Positions 52,340 through 62,449 of a stretch of DNA of 64,000 bases are shown here, in pieces. This DNA is from an uncultured bacterium (GTDB lineage: Bacteria > Krumholzibacteriota > Krumholzibacteriia > JACNKJ01). Numbering within the stretch: the first letter of the stretch is position 1; each line of letters starts with the position of its first letter. A model generated the notes under the pieces. That model did not search any database, was not told where the DNA came from, and was given only the letters and a program-made list of their open reading frames with translations. The position numbers were made by a program, and so were the translations under genes. Location: contig CAVOFT010000001.1 of the NCBI GenBank assembly GCA_963695095.1, forward strand, positions 1,216,001 through 1,280,000, written 5' to 3'.

Positions 52340-53107
52340 TCAGCGCCAGGGCTGCCAGAGGCGTCGCGCTGAGGGCAGTTCCAGGGGCCGATTCTCCTCC
52401 GGCTGGCCCGGCGGCACGAGATCCAGGCCATGGGGACGCAGCGCCTCCCGGAGGGTGAGGGCGGCTTGCAGGGGCAGCAGGCCACCGAGGCCGACCAGCA
52501 GGCCGACGCCGCTGATGCCGAGCAACGCGGCGATCCCCTGTCTGACCGCGAAGCCAGGCAGCAGGATACGGGGACGCTGCAGGAGCAGGAGCAGCGCCAG
52601 GCTCGCGGTGGGGCGCAGCTCGCGCTGGCGCACGGCCAGGAGGGGGAGGAAGACGAAGCCCCAGAGCCGGGACAGCGCCCAGAGCCACAGACCCGCCGCG
52701 AGACCGAACCAGGCGAGCAGGCCGTGACCGGCGAGGGGCCAGGGCAAGAGCACCTGGAGCAGCAAGAGCGCAAGCAGGGCCTGCAGCAGGGCCCAGGCGA
52801 GCAGGGGTCGATAGTGGCGGCCCGGCCTCGCCAGCTCCGCCCGCAAGGACGCGGATTCGCCGCGGGCCAGCGCTGCCGCGAAGCGCTGGCCCGCGGCGCT
52901 CAGCCAGGGGGCGCAGAGCAGCCCGACGAGAACGAGCAGTCCGGCCACGACCACCCACTGCGCGGGGGCGAGGCTCGCAGCGGGTAGGAAGGTGAGCAGG
53001 GCCGCCAGGGCGATCCAGGGCAGCGCGCGCAATAGAGAGAGAAGGGCCAGCGGGCCAAGGTGCTCGAAGCCCAGCAGGAAAAAGCTTCGCGCCAACGAAT
53101 CGCGCAC
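52340..53107 (-). CDS. Hypothetical membrane protein
   Basis: 255-aa hydrophobic ORF filling the gap between eno and the sigma factor gene. Confidence 0.6.
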   Translation of the reverse strand: MRDSLARSFFLLGFEHLGPLALLSLLRALPWIALAALLTFLPAASLAPAQWVVVAGLLVLVGLLCAPWLSAAGQRFAAALARGESASLRAELARPGRHYRPLLAWALLQALLALLLLQVLLPWPLAGHGLLAWFGLAAGLWLWALSRLWGFVFLPLLAVRQRELRPTASLALLLLLQRPRILLPGFAVRQGIAALLGISGVGLLVGLGGLLPLQAALTLREALRPHGLDLVPPGQPEENRPLELPSARRLWQPWR

Positions 53108-53143
53108 TTAGACTGCTCCTTTGACCCGCTGCGGGGCCCGCCG

Positions 53144-53171
53144 GGAAACGCAGGGTTGGCAGCCCCCGTAA
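53144..53171 (+). promoter_or_regulatory. ECF sigma-type autoregulatory promoter
   Basis: GGAAAC-N17-CGTAA, similar to the SigW-type TGAAAC/CGTA consensus, immediately upstream of the ECF gene. Confidence 0.55.
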
Positions 53172-53176
53172 GGAGT

Positions 53177-53758
53177 GTGCCGCAGGTGAGCGTCGAGGAC
53201 CGCGAGCTGATTCGCAGCTGCCTCCGCGGCGATCGACAAGCCTACCGGGCCCTGCTCGCGCGCTACCAGGATCCGATCTTCGGCTATTGCGTGCGCATGA
53301 TCAAGGACTCCGGACAGGCGGAGGACATCGCCCAGGAGGCCTTGGTCCGCACCCTGACGCGGCTGGAGAACTATGACGAGCGCTACAGCTTCTCGGCGTG
53401 GGTGTTCAAGATCGCGACGAACCTCTGCATCGACCATCTGCGCAAGGCCAAGCGCATCGCCTACTCCCTGGACCAGGAACTGGAGGGCAAAGACGGCAGC
53501 TTCCGCCGGGAAATCGCCGCCGACACCCCGGATCCCTCGGAGCGGCTGCTGGCCGAGGAGCGGATGCGGATGCTCGATGCTGCGGTGGCCGAACTGCCCG
53601 AGCACTATCGAGCGATCCTGCTGCTTCGCCACCGGGAGAACTTGAGCTACGACGAGATCGCGCGGATCTTGGAGCTCCCGATCGGCACGGTGAAGATCCG
53701 GATTCACCGGGCGCGGGAGCGGATCAAGCGGAGGTTGGACCGTGATGAGCTGCTCTGA
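53177..53758 (+). CDS. ECF RNA polymerase sigma factor (SigW/RpoE-like)
   Basis: Region 2 (AEDIAQE, FSAWVFKIATNLCIDHLRK) and region 4 (LSYDEIA..L..PIGTVK); start is GTG 53177 or 53186. Confidence 0.92.
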   Translation: MPQVSVEDRELIRSCLRGDRQAYRALLARYQDPIFGYCVRMIKDSGQAEDIAQEALVRTLTRLENYDERYSFSAWVFKIATNLCIDHLRKAKRIAYSLDQELEGKDGSFRREIAADTPDPSERLLAEERMRMLDAAVAELPEHYRAILLLRHRENLSYDEIARILELPIGTVKIRIHRARERIKRRLDRDELL

Positions 53759-54851
53759 GACACCATGGCGATGGGCTGCGCTGGGACTGGCGTGCTTGCT
53801 CATGATCCCGGGCGGCGTCGCGCTGGCTGCCGAGGCCAGGCGCAGCGAGGAGCGCCGGCTGCCGGCGCGCAACCTGGCCCAGCTCATCGTCGAGAACCCG
53901 GCGGGCAGCATCGAGCTGCAGGGGGAAGCGCGGGAGGACCTCGAGCTGGCGGTGCACTACCGGGTTTGGGGCGGCAGTGCCGATGCCGTGCGCGACATCA
54001 TCAGCAATCTGCGCATCGACGTCTTCGAACAGGATGGCCGGCTGCGGCTGCGCCCGATGCATGCCGCGCGCAGCATCGACGGCCCACGGGCGAGTGATCT
54101 GGACGGAGCCCGCCTCAGCATCGACCTGCGTCTGCGCATGCCCGCGGCACTGCCCGTTGCCGCCAGCGTGACGCGCGATCGGCTTGTCGCCGTGGGGTTG
54201 GCGGGGGACCTGGTGCTCGCCGCCACGAGCGGAGACGTGGAAGCCCGCCAGATCGGCGGCAGCCTCTCGGCGGGCGTGACGGGCGGCACCCTGCGCCTCA
54301 GCGACGTCGCCGGCGATGTGGCGGTAACGGCAACCAGCGGCGACCTCGATCTTCGCCGTGTAGGCGGGAAGGCCGCGCTCCGCACCGTCACTGGTGGCAT
54401 GCGCATCGAGCAGGTAGCGGGGGACGCCAAGATCGAGACCGCTAGCGGCAAGCTGGTGGTCATTGATATCCGAGGCCGCTTGGAGTTGATCAGCGGCAGC
54501 GGCGACGTCGCCATCCGCAAGCCCGGCGGCGACCTCAAGGTGAATTGCGCCAGCGGCGACCTCAGCCTGCTGGATCTGGGCCCCTTGCCCGGCGGCCGAT
54601 CGCGCGAGGTGTTCCTGGCCAGTTCCAGCGGGGATATCGACGTGCTCTTGCTCCCTGGAGCGGGGTTCTGGCTGGACGCGGCGACCGATCTCGGCGCGAT
54701 GCAGTTGCGATTGCCGCTGCAGGTCGAGGACCTGAGCCGCCGCCACGTCAGCGGGCAGACCGGCGACGGCAGGGGCAGGTTGCGGGTTGTAACCGCCACC
54801 GGGGACATCCGTATCAAGCTCGCCCACGAGCCCCAAAGGACCACGCCCTGA
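53745..54851 (+). CDS. DUF4097/adhesin-like beta-strand repeat protein
   Basis: Signal peptide and repeated (T/S)SGD(V/L/I) units. Confidence 0.82.
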   Translation: MSCSETPWRWAALGLACLLMIPGGVALAAEARRSEERRLPARNLAQLIVENPAGSIELQGEAREDLELAVHYRVWGGSADAVRDIISNLRIDVFEQDGRLRLRPMHAARSIDGPRASDLDGARLSIDLRLRMPAALPVAASVTRDRLVAVGLAGDLVLAATSGDVEARQIGGSLSAGVTGGTLRLSDVAGDVAVTATSGDLDLRRVGGKAALRTVTGGMRIEQVAGDAKIETASGKLVVIDIRGRLELISGSGDVAIRKPGGDLKVNCASGDLSLLDLGPLPGGRSREVFLASSSGDIDVLLLPGAGFWLDAATDLGAMQLRLPLQVEDLSRRHVSGQTGDGRGRLRVVTATGDIRIKLAHEPQRTTP

Positions 54852-54853
54852 CC

Positions 54854-55537
54854 ATGGATACGCGCCCCGAGTTCGATCGCCAGGAAGGCAGAAGCCGCTG
54901 CGAATCGGTACAGAGCTCCCTTCCCGACTACTTTGAGGGACGCCTCTCCGCAGCACTCCGCGGTCCCCTGCGCGCCCACCTGCAGCGCTGCCCGCTCTGC
55001 TCCCGGGAGCATGCGCGCGAGCGCGAACTCCGGGCCCTGCTGGCCGAGCTCCGACCGCAGCCGGCCCCACGGGGCTTCGCCGATGCCGTCCTGGCAGAGG
55101 TTTTTGCCCAGGTACCCCTGCGCGAGCGCGTCACGCCGGCTCCGGCTCGCGGCGCCCTGCGGCGGCAGTGGGCGCCGCTCCCCCTCGGACTGCTCCTGCT
55201 GGCGCTGGTCCTTGGCCAATGGTGGCCGGCGGCCAAGCCGGAGCAGCTTCGTGACAGCGCGGCCGGAGTGCTCTTCGAGAGTAGCCGCGAACTCACGGGC
55301 GTGCTCTCCCTGATCGAGAGCGCCCGCAAGACAGGGGATCTCGTGACCCGACCGGCGCTGGACAAGGCCGCCTCCCTGATCCGTGTCGAGCGCACCTTGC
55401 GCAGCGTGCTCCCTCCGCAACTGCCGGCCCTGATTCTACTTGTTGCGTTGGGTCCCGTCGTGCTTGTCTTTGCTGTCTACCGCACACGGCTCAAGGGAGT
55501 GCTGTCCCATGCGCTCATGCATCCTACGCTGCGCTAG
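54854..55537 (+). CDS. Zinc-finger (zf-HC2) anti-sigma factor
   Basis: HLQRCPLC (HxxxCxxC) ZAS motif followed by TM segments. Confidence 0.85.
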   Translation: MDTRPEFDRQEGRSRCESVQSSLPDYFEGRLSAALRGPLRAHLQRCPLCSREHARERELRALLAELRPQPAPRGFADAVLAEVFAQVPLRERVTPAPARGALRRQWAPLPLGLLLLALVLGQWWPAAKPEQLRDSAAGVLFESSRELTGVLSLIESARKTGDLVTRPALDKAASLIRVERTLRSVLPPQLPALILLVALGPVVLVFAVYRTRLKGVLSHALMHPTLR

Positions 55538-56618
55538 CTGGCGCTTGACGGGCCGGGGCCTGCTTGCCCTGGCTGCGGTCCTGCTGCCGGCGGCGGCTCC
55601 CGCCGCCGGCACGGCGACGACCGACAGCAGCCGCAGCGCGAAAGGCATCGCCCACGAGATCATCATCGACGACTCTGGAATCATCGTGAAGGAGGGAGAC
55701 AGCGAGGTTTCGATCACGGCGGAGGATGAGGAGGGTCGGCTCCGGGTGCGCGTCGACACTGGCGACCCCGCGGACAAGAGCCGATACGGGGATCAGGACG
55801 AACAGGTCAGCTTTGGCCGCGATGTCACGGTCGAGAGCGACGAGATCGTGCACAATGACCTGGTCATCCTCTTCGGCGACCTCGAGGTCTACGGCGAGGT
55901 GGTGGGCAACATCGTCGTCATCATGGGCGATGTCTACGTGCGGGAGGATGCAGTCATCACGGGCGACGTACTGGTCGTCGGCGGGGAGGTCGAGCGCGAG
56001 GAGGGCGCCCGGATCGTCGGCGAGGTGACCCGTACGAGTAGCCACCTGGGGGGGCTGTTCAAGAACGGCTGGCGCGCCGCCGACTTCCGATTGATGGACC
56101 GCGAGCGTTTCGGCACCGACGATGCGCTGCTGAAGCTCCTGGAGTTCCTCGCGCTGGCGATGGCCGGGAGCATCCTGCTGGCGGCCCGCATCCCACGCTT
56201 CACGGCGGGACTGCGTTGCCGGCCCTGGTGGAGCCTGCTCGTCGGCTTTCTGACGCTCCTGGCCGCGGCGCTGCTGGCAATCCCGGTGGCCCTGATCCTT
56301 TTCCTGCTTCTGCTCACCCTGGTCGGCATTCCGGTCGTGGTCTTGACCATCCTTGCTCTCATCGGGCTTGGCTTCGCGGCCTGGCTGATCCCGCTCTACA
56401 CCTTCTCCAGGTACACGCTCGAAGTCCGAGGCATGAATCGCTATGCCGCCGTGGCGATCTGGGCCGCGGTCTTCTGGCTGTTCCACCTGCTCGGTCACCT
56501 CGGTGGCCCGATGAAGGGGCTCGTGCTCTTCGTGGAGATCGTGGCCTGGTGCGCCGGCTTGGGGATCCTCGTCATCACACGCCTGGGCTCCCGGCATCCC
56601 ATCGCCGACCGCGCTTGA
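55509..56618 (+). CDS. Membrane protein with bactofilin-like beta-helix region
   Basis: Signal peptide, G.V.G.(I/V)VV..G repeats and a C-terminal multi-TM region; start uncertain. Confidence 0.7.
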   Translation: MRSCILRCASWRLTGRGLLALAAVLLPAAAPAAGTATTDSSRSAKGIAHEIIIDDSGIIVKEGDSEVSITAEDEEGRLRVRVDTGDPADKSRYGDQDEQVSFGRDVTVESDEIVHNDLVILFGDLEVYGEVVGNIVVIMGDVYVREDAVITGDVLVVGGEVEREEGARIVGEVTRTSSHLGGLFKNGWRAADFRLMDRERFGTDDALLKLLEFLALAMAGSILLAARIPRFTAGLRCRPWWSLLVGFLTLLAAALLAIPVALILFLLLLTLVGIPVVVLTILALIGLGFAAWLIPLYTFSRYTLEVRGMNRYAAVAIWAAVFWLFHLLGHLGGPMKGLVLFVEIVAWCAGLGILVITRLGSRHPIADRA

Positions 56619-56659
56619 TTCCTCTGGCCAGGACCGGGACTCATCGCTAGGTTGACCGG

Positions 56660-58087
56660 GTGTGCCGAGCCCAAGCATTTGCGGCGCCCCGCGCCCCCGC
56701 CGACCGCCGTCGCCGGCGCGCGATCTCCTTCCTGCTTGTCCTCGCCTGCCTGGCCGGAGTCGCCGGGAAGGCCGCGGCTGCCAAGCGCAGCAAGCTCGAC
56801 CTGCCGGGTGCCGGCTTCCAGGCCGCGGATGCGGAGGTGTTTCGCGGCTGGCCGCTGCAAGAGATCATCCTCCAGGGCAATCAGCGCACCCGGGACGAGG
56901 CGATCCTGCGCGAACTCTACCTCCAGCCCGGAGATGCCTTCGACCCCGAGCTTCTGGAGCGCGATCTGCGCTTTCTGGACGGCCTCAGTATCTTCGCCGC
57001 GGTCGGGGTGGCGATCGCGCCTGACGGCGGCAGTCTCCGTGTGACCTACTACTTCATGGAGCGGGGCGATACGCGCTGGGGGCTGGTCTATCCGGTGGCC
57101 GACTATCGGGATGGCGAATTCCGCCTGGGTGCTGTCTACCGCCATCGCAGCCTTCGGGGCGCACGGGAGGATCTCTGGCTGGAGTACTCGGCGGGCTGGG
57201 AGGAGCGCGCCCGCGTCAGCCTCGGGCGTCCGTGGCTGGGCAGCTATCCCATCGATCAGCGCCTGGACTATCGGCTCGTCGATCGCGACGACGAGGATGA
57301 GCTGCACACCGAGCGCGTGGCGATCAGCTTCTGGCTCTCGCTGCTGCGCCGGCGACCGCTCGAGCACCGCTTTCTGTTCAGCGTGGCCTGGGGTGAACGC
57401 TCTTTCTTGGCAACGCCCATCACTGCACAGGCTCCCGACCGCGAGCGTCATTATGAGCAATTCAGCTCCGTGAGTTTCGGCTACGCCCGCGACACCCGGG
57501 ACAGCTTTCTGCGACCCCAACAGGGCGGGCAGCTCGCGCTGACGAGCAGTCTCTACGATCCCATCCTGGGCAGCACGGTCTACTTGCGGCAGCTGTCGCT
57601 GTTCGTGACGCACTATCGGATGCTTCCCCTGGGCTGGGTGGGCGCGGTGGGGCTGGATGCCGTCAACCGCTGGGGCGAGCTGTTCTACAAGGGCACCTCC
57701 TCGCTGGGTGGATTGGATTCCGTGCGCGGCTATGGCGGCGGCAGCATCGATGGCTGGCAGGGCGCTGCGACGGCGGCGGGGCCCAGGGGTCGGAACCATC
57801 TGGTGCTGCGCGGTGAACTTCGCCACGATCTCCTGCCTCGCTTCACCTTCAAGCTCCCTATCCTCGGCGTCGTGGACGTGCAACTCGAGGCCGCGCTCTT
57901 CGCCGACGCGGGCTTCCTCTGGAGCCGAAATCGCTTCCTCCTGCCCGATGGCGCTCGCGCTCGGATTCACGGCGCCGGCGGCGGTCTGCGCGCCTACACG
58001 CCGATCGGCGATGTCCTGCGCTGCGAACTCGGCCTCGGGGAAGGAGGCCGCTACGAGATCCATCTAGGCAGCGGCATGCGTTTCTAG
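56660..58087 (+). CDS. BamA/TamA-family outer membrane protein (POTRA plus barrel)
   Basis: POTRA motif GNQRTRDEAILREL, SVRGY motif, FADAG and C-terminal Phe. Confidence 0.85.
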   Translation: MCRAQAFAAPRAPADRRRRRAISFLLVLACLAGVAGKAAAAKRSKLDLPGAGFQAADAEVFRGWPLQEIILQGNQRTRDEAILRELYLQPGDAFDPELLERDLRFLDGLSIFAAVGVAIAPDGGSLRVTYYFMERGDTRWGLVYPVADYRDGEFRLGAVYRHRSLRGAREDLWLEYSAGWEERARVSLGRPWLGSYPIDQRLDYRLVDRDDEDELHTERVAISFWLSLLRRRPLEHRFLFSVAWGERSFLATPITAQAPDRERHYEQFSSVSFGYARDTRDSFLRPQQGGQLALTSSLYDPILGSTVYLRQLSLFVTHYRMLPLGWVGAVGLDAVNRWGELFYKGTSSLGGLDSVRGYGGGSIDGWQGAATAAGPRGRNHLVLRGELRHDLLPRFTFKLPILGVVDVQLEAALFADAGFLWSRNRFLLPDGARARIHGAGGGLRAYTPIGDVLRCELGLGEGGRYEIHLGSGMRF

Positions 58088-58431
58088 GCACCGCCGCACC
58101 ATTGGGGGAAATGCCCCAAGCACCCAAGACGCGGACGAATCTTCCAACTACTGCGATTGCAGGGGGATGGAGCCCGGTGCAGACTCCGCGCTGGGGGAAA
58201 GCCCCCAGAGCGGCGCAGCGAGAAGGGGGAGGGGAGGGCGCCGCCCTGGGCGCGAGGAATTGTCAGGGCCGCCATCCCCACTCGCTGCCGGACGGCTGGC
58301 CAGGCTGGGCCTGCTCTTAGGCCTCCGCATCTCCGTGCCGCCTCTGTTTCGGGCGGGCCGGCCCATCTTGAGCCGGGAAGCGGGGAACGCCGGTTGCGGA
58401 AAGAGGGCTGGACGCCAGAGTGGGAGCCCAG

Positions 58432-59502
58432 ATGCGCGAAATGACCCCCCGGATCCAGACCCAGCCAGCCAGCAGCCGGACCTCCCGCCGGCTCCTCGCC
58501 TTTGCGCTGCTGCTCCAGGCGTCCACCTTCTTTGCAGCGGCCCCCAGCGTCGCCGCCGGGGCCGTGCTCGAACTCGACCTCCATCGGGGCGTCCAGGCCC
58601 GGATCTTCTCGGCGGACTATGTCGAGGAGCACTGGGTGCGCGAGAGCGCCGGGCGCGCCTGGCTCGAGATCCCCGGCTACGGCAGCACCGAACTCATCCT
58701 GCCCGAGTCCGGTGATCCCAGCTCCGCTTACCATCCCCATGCGGCCCTGGATGTCTACGATGCCCTGGCCGCGGTCGTGCATACCGCGCTGCCGGAGACG
58801 CTCAGCGTCTTCTGCCTGCCCTATCCGCGCAAGGGATTGACCAGCAGTTCCACGGCCGGCGCGCGCATCTTCCTGAGCCCTGGCGCGCTGCCGATCCCGC
58901 GCGAAGTCACGCACATGGTCGCCACCCATGAACTCGGCCACGCGATGCACAATCGCCACCTACCGGAGAGCGATACGGCCGGCTGGCAAGCCTATCGCAA
59001 GCTCCGGGATATCGAGGACACGAGCGTCTACTGCGCCGATGCGCTGCACCGGAATCGGCCGCGCGAGATCTTCGCGGAGGACTTCCGCTACCTCTGCGGA
59101 GGGGCGCTGGCCAACTACAGCGGCACGATCGAGAATGGCGCGCTGCCGGCGCCGGATGCGGTGCCTGGGCTTCACGGTTTCCTGCTCGCGCTGGGGCAGG
59201 GCCAGGTGGTGGCCGCGGGTCCGCTGGTGGCGAGCAACTACCCGAATCCCTTCAATCCGCAGACTCGCCTCGCCCTGGCCGCCGCCCGCGAGCAGCTCGG
59301 GCTGCCCCTGACCATCGAGGTCTTCGATGCAGCCGGCCGCCGGGTGCGCACGCTCTATCTGGGCACCCTGGAGCGCCTGTTCCTGGAAGTCGAATGGGAC
59401 GGACGTGACGAACGCGGCGGGGCTCTGGCCTCCGGCGTCTATTTCGCGCGTATCCGGCTGGGCGAGCAGCGCCTGAGCCACAAGATGCTCCTGATCGGCT
59501 GA
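58432..59502 (+). CDS. Secreted zincin-like metallopeptidase with FlgD-Ig/T9SS-like C-terminal domain
   Basis: Signal peptide, HELGH, downstream E.FAE and NYPNPFNP...SGVYFAR. Confidence 0.75.
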   Translation: MREMTPRIQTQPASSRTSRRLLAFALLLQASTFFAAAPSVAAGAVLELDLHRGVQARIFSADYVEEHWVRESAGRAWLEIPGYGSTELILPESGDPSSAYHPHAALDVYDALAAVVHTALPETLSVFCLPYPRKGLTSSSTAGARIFLSPGALPIPREVTHMVATHELGHAMHNRHLPESDTAGWQAYRKLRDIEDTSVYCADALHRNRPREIFAEDFRYLCGGALANYSGTIENGALPAPDAVPGLHGFLLALGQGQVVAAGPLVASNYPNPFNPQTRLALAAAREQLGLPLTIEVFDAAGRRVRTLYLGTLERLFLEVEWDGRDERGGALASGVYFARIRLGEQRLSHKMLLIG

Positions 59503-59526
59503 TTCCTCCTCCTGACGGTCCCCCCT

Positions 59527-59583
59527 CGCGGCGCCGCCCCCCCCAGCGGCGCCGCGGGCTTTTGGGAGCCAAGGCTCCTTTTT
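59527..59583 (+). terminator. Tandem rho-independent terminator hairpins
   Basis: CGCGGCGCCGC...GCGGCGCCGCG followed by TTTT, then GGAGC-CAAG-GCTCC-TTTTT. Confidence 0.65.
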
Positions 59584-59590
59584 CATCGCG

Positions 59591-59619
59591 TTGACAGCGG
59601 CAGCCCGGCTCTCTAGCTT
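59591..59619 (+). promoter_or_regulatory. Sigma70 promoter of ispH
   Basis: TTGACA-N17-TAGCTT. Confidence 0.7.
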
Positions 59620-59643
59620 GCAGGAACAATCCGGGAGGTCGCC

Positions 59644-60495
59644 TTGCCCCGAGAGATCATCCTCGCCCGCAGCGCCGGGCAGTGCTTCGGCGTCAAGCGC
59701 GCCTTCAACATCGCCATGGAGGCGGCCCGCAGCGAGGACGCCGTCGTCATGCTGGGCGACATCGTGCACAACGAGCACGTCGTCCAGAAGATCGACGAGG
59801 CCGGCGTGAAGGTCGTGCGCGAGATCGATGAGGCCGGCGCGAGCGGCACCCTGCTGGTCCGCGCGCACGGCGCCGCGCCCGAAGTCTACGCGAAGGCCCG
59901 AGCGCAGGGGCTCAAGATCCTCGATGCCACCTGCCCCCTCGTCCATGAGATCCACCAGGTGGCCCGCGAGATGGAGAGCGAGGGCTACCAGCTCATCGTG
60001 ATCGGCGACCATGGCCACGACGAAGTCGTCGGCATCACCGGGCAGGTCAAGGACGCCATCGTCCTGGCCGGACCCGCCGAGGTGGCCTTGCGCATTCCGG
60101 GCCGCCTGCGCAAGGCCGGCGTGGTGGTCCAGTCCACCCAGAACATCGAGAACGTGCAGAGGATCCTCGTCGAATTGCTGCCGCGCGTGCGCGAGCTGCG
60201 CTACGTGGACACCATCTGCGGCCCGACCAAGACGCACCAGCGGGACATCCGCGACCTGCCCGGCCATTGCGACGTGATGGTCATCGTCGGCTCCTTCACG
60301 AGCGCCAACACCTGCCGGCTGACCGAGATCTCCCGGATCAGCAACCCGCGCAGCCATCAGGTCGAGGATGCCTCCGGGCTGGATCCTGCCTGGTTCGCGG
60401 GCGCGGCCAGAATCGGGGTGAGCGCCGGCGCCTCGACGCCGGACTGGATCATCGACGAGGTCGTCAGCGTGCTTCAGTCCCTGCCGGAGACCTGA
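59644..60495 (+). CDS. ispH: 4-hydroxy-3-methylbut-2-enyl diphosphate reductase
   Basis: CFGVKRA, IVHN, RAHG, DATCP, TIC, SAN and AGASTP motifs; GGAGG RBS before TTG. Confidence 0.95.
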   Translation: MPREIILARSAGQCFGVKRAFNIAMEAARSEDAVVMLGDIVHNEHVVQKIDEAGVKVVREIDEAGASGTLLVRAHGAAPEVYAKARAQGLKILDATCPLVHEIHQVAREMESEGYQLIVIGDHGHDEVVGITGQVKDAIVLAGPAEVALRIPGRLRKAGVVVQSTQNIENVQRILVELLPRVRELRYVDTICGPTKTHQRDIRDLPGHCDVMVIVGSFTSANTCRLTEISRISNPRSHQVEDASGLDPAWFAGAARIGVSAGASTPDWIIDEVVSVLQSLPET

Positions 60496-60608
60496 GGTCC
60501 GGCCGCCCGCGAGTCCGCCCTTGGCTGTTCTGCCCTGCCTGTGTTATCATTGGGGTTAGCGCCGATTATCGGGCGCTTTCCCTGGCCCTCAGCAGAGGAT
60601 GGATGTCG

Positions 60609-62426
60609 ATGGGTGCGATCTCCAAGCGCCGCATGGCGGCGAGCGGGTTCCTGCTTTGTCTACTCTGGCTCGGGTTCGGGCCCGCAGCGCTGGTCGCGAG
60701 CGCCGCCCCGCCGCTGGATGAACGCGGCCTGCCCCTCTGGGAGCCCGCCGTCTGGCGGGATCTGCCCATCGAGCTCATGCTACCGGACGGCGATGCCCTG
60801 ACGGCCTTGCTGGCCCGCGTGCCCATCGCCGCCTTCCAGCGCGAGGACGTCCGCCCGGCCGCGCGCACGCCCTTCGGCCGTGCGCTGCGCCTGCGCACCC
60901 GCGTCACCGAGACGGAACTCGCCGCCCTCGAGGCGGCGGGCTACCAGCCCCTGCGCGTGCCCGACCTCGAGCGCAGCCTGCAGACCGCCATCGAGGAGCG
61001 CTGGGCCGCCCAGGTCGAGCGCGGCGGCGAGGATGAGCGCGTGGGCGAGCGGGGGGTCTATCACACCTATGCCCAGCTGGGGCAGATCCTGCTCGACACC
61101 GAGACCGCCCATCCGGCCATCGCCAAGCGCGGCAGCCTGGGCACCTCCGTGCAGGGTCGCGAGCTGTGGACGCTGACGATCAGCGACAACGTGAACGGCG
61201 CCGAGGAGGCCGAGCCCGAGCTGCGCATCTCGGCCAACATCCACGGCAACGAGAAGATCAGCATGGAGATGAGCCTCTACCTGATCGACTACCTGGCCGC
61301 CAACTACGGTGTCGCCGGCCACGAGGACGTCACCAACCTCGTGGACAACTACCACCTGCTCTTTCTGCCCCTGCACAACCCTGACGGTCATGTCGCCAAC
61401 ACTCGCAGCAACGCCAACGGCGTGGACCTGAATCGGAACTTCCCCGTGCCGGACGGCTCGGTCGGCGAGGACGGCACCTACACCGAGCAGATCGAGACCC
61501 AGCTCATGAAAGCCTGGGGCCTTGCCACGCATTGCGTGATCAGCCAGGACGGCCACAGCGGCGCCTTGGTGGTCAATTACCCCTGGGACTACACCTACAC
61601 GCTCGCTCCGGACGACGCCGCCCTGATCCAGCTCGCCGAGGAGTACAGCTACTACAACTCGCCGATGTGGAACGGCGACTTCTACCACGGCATCACGAAC
61701 GGCGCGCAGTGGTACGTCACCAAGGGCAGTCTGCAAGACTGGGCCTACCACGAGACCGGTAGCCTGCACGTGATCGTGGAGTTCAGCGACAGCTACGCGC
61801 CGCCCGCCTCCCAGCTCGACACCTACTGGGCGAACAACCGCGAGAGCTTCATGCACTGGATCAAGGCCGCGCGCTACGGCGTCAACGGGCGCGTCACCGA
61901 TGCGGCCACCGGCGCGCCCCTGGCCGCCACGGTGACGGTGATCGGCAATGCGAAATCCGTCCAGACCGACCCCGACCGGGGCGACTACTACAAGCTTCTC
62001 GACACGGGCAGCTACACGCTGCGCTTCGAAGCGCCGGGCTACGTCACGCAGACGATCAGCGGCGTCAGCACCAGCTGGGGCACGCCGACCGTCCTCGACG
62101 TGGCCCTGGTGGACCAGACCACGGACGCGCCCCTGCTGCCGGCCGTCGCCGCGCGCCTGGAGGGCAACTTCCCGAATCCCTTCAATCCGACCACGACGCT
62201 GCGCTATCGGCTGGCTCGCGAGGGAAGCGTGGACCTGGACATCCTCGATGCGCGGGGCCGCCACGTCTGCAGTCTGCTTGCGGGCGCCATGCAGACCGCG
62301 GGCGCGCATGAAGTGCTCTGGAACGGCCGCGACGCAGCGGGCCAGGCCCTGCCCAGTGGCCTCTATCAGGCCCGCCTCAGGGCAGGCGGCATCGAGGACG
62401 GCCTGAAGCTGCTTCTGCTCAAGTAA
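60609..62426 (+). CDS. Secreted M14 zinc carboxypeptidase with regulatory-like and FlgD-Ig domains
   Basis: Signal peptide, IHGNE, DLNRNF, HSG and C-terminal FPNPFNP; start approximate. Confidence 0.88.
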   Translation: MGAISKRRMAASGFLLCLLWLGFGPAALVASAAPPLDERGLPLWEPAVWRDLPIELMLPDGDALTALLARVPIAAFQREDVRPAARTPFGRALRLRTRVTETELAALEAAGYQPLRVPDLERSLQTAIEERWAAQVERGGEDERVGERGVYHTYAQLGQILLDTETAHPAIAKRGSLGTSVQGRELWTLTISDNVNGAEEAEPELRISANIHGNEKISMEMSLYLIDYLAANYGVAGHEDVTNLVDNYHLLFLPLHNPDGHVANTRSNANGVDLNRNFPVPDGSVGEDGTYTEQIETQLMKAWGLATHCVISQDGHSGALVVNYPWDYTYTLAPDDAALIQLAEEYSYYNSPMWNGDFYHGITNGAQWYVTKGSLQDWAYHETGSLHVIVEFSDSYAPPASQLDTYWANNRESFMHWIKAARYGVNGRVTDAATGAPLAATVTVIGNAKSVQTDPDRGDYYKLLDTGSYTLRFEAPGYVTQTISGVSTSWGTPTVLDVALVDQTTDAPLLPAVAARLEGNFPNPFNPTTTLRYRLAREGSVDLDILDARGRHVCSLLAGAMQTAGAHEVLWNGRDAAGQALPSGLYQARLRAGGIEDGLKLLLLK

Positions 62427-62449
62427 TCCGCGCCCAGGGAGGACAGCGC

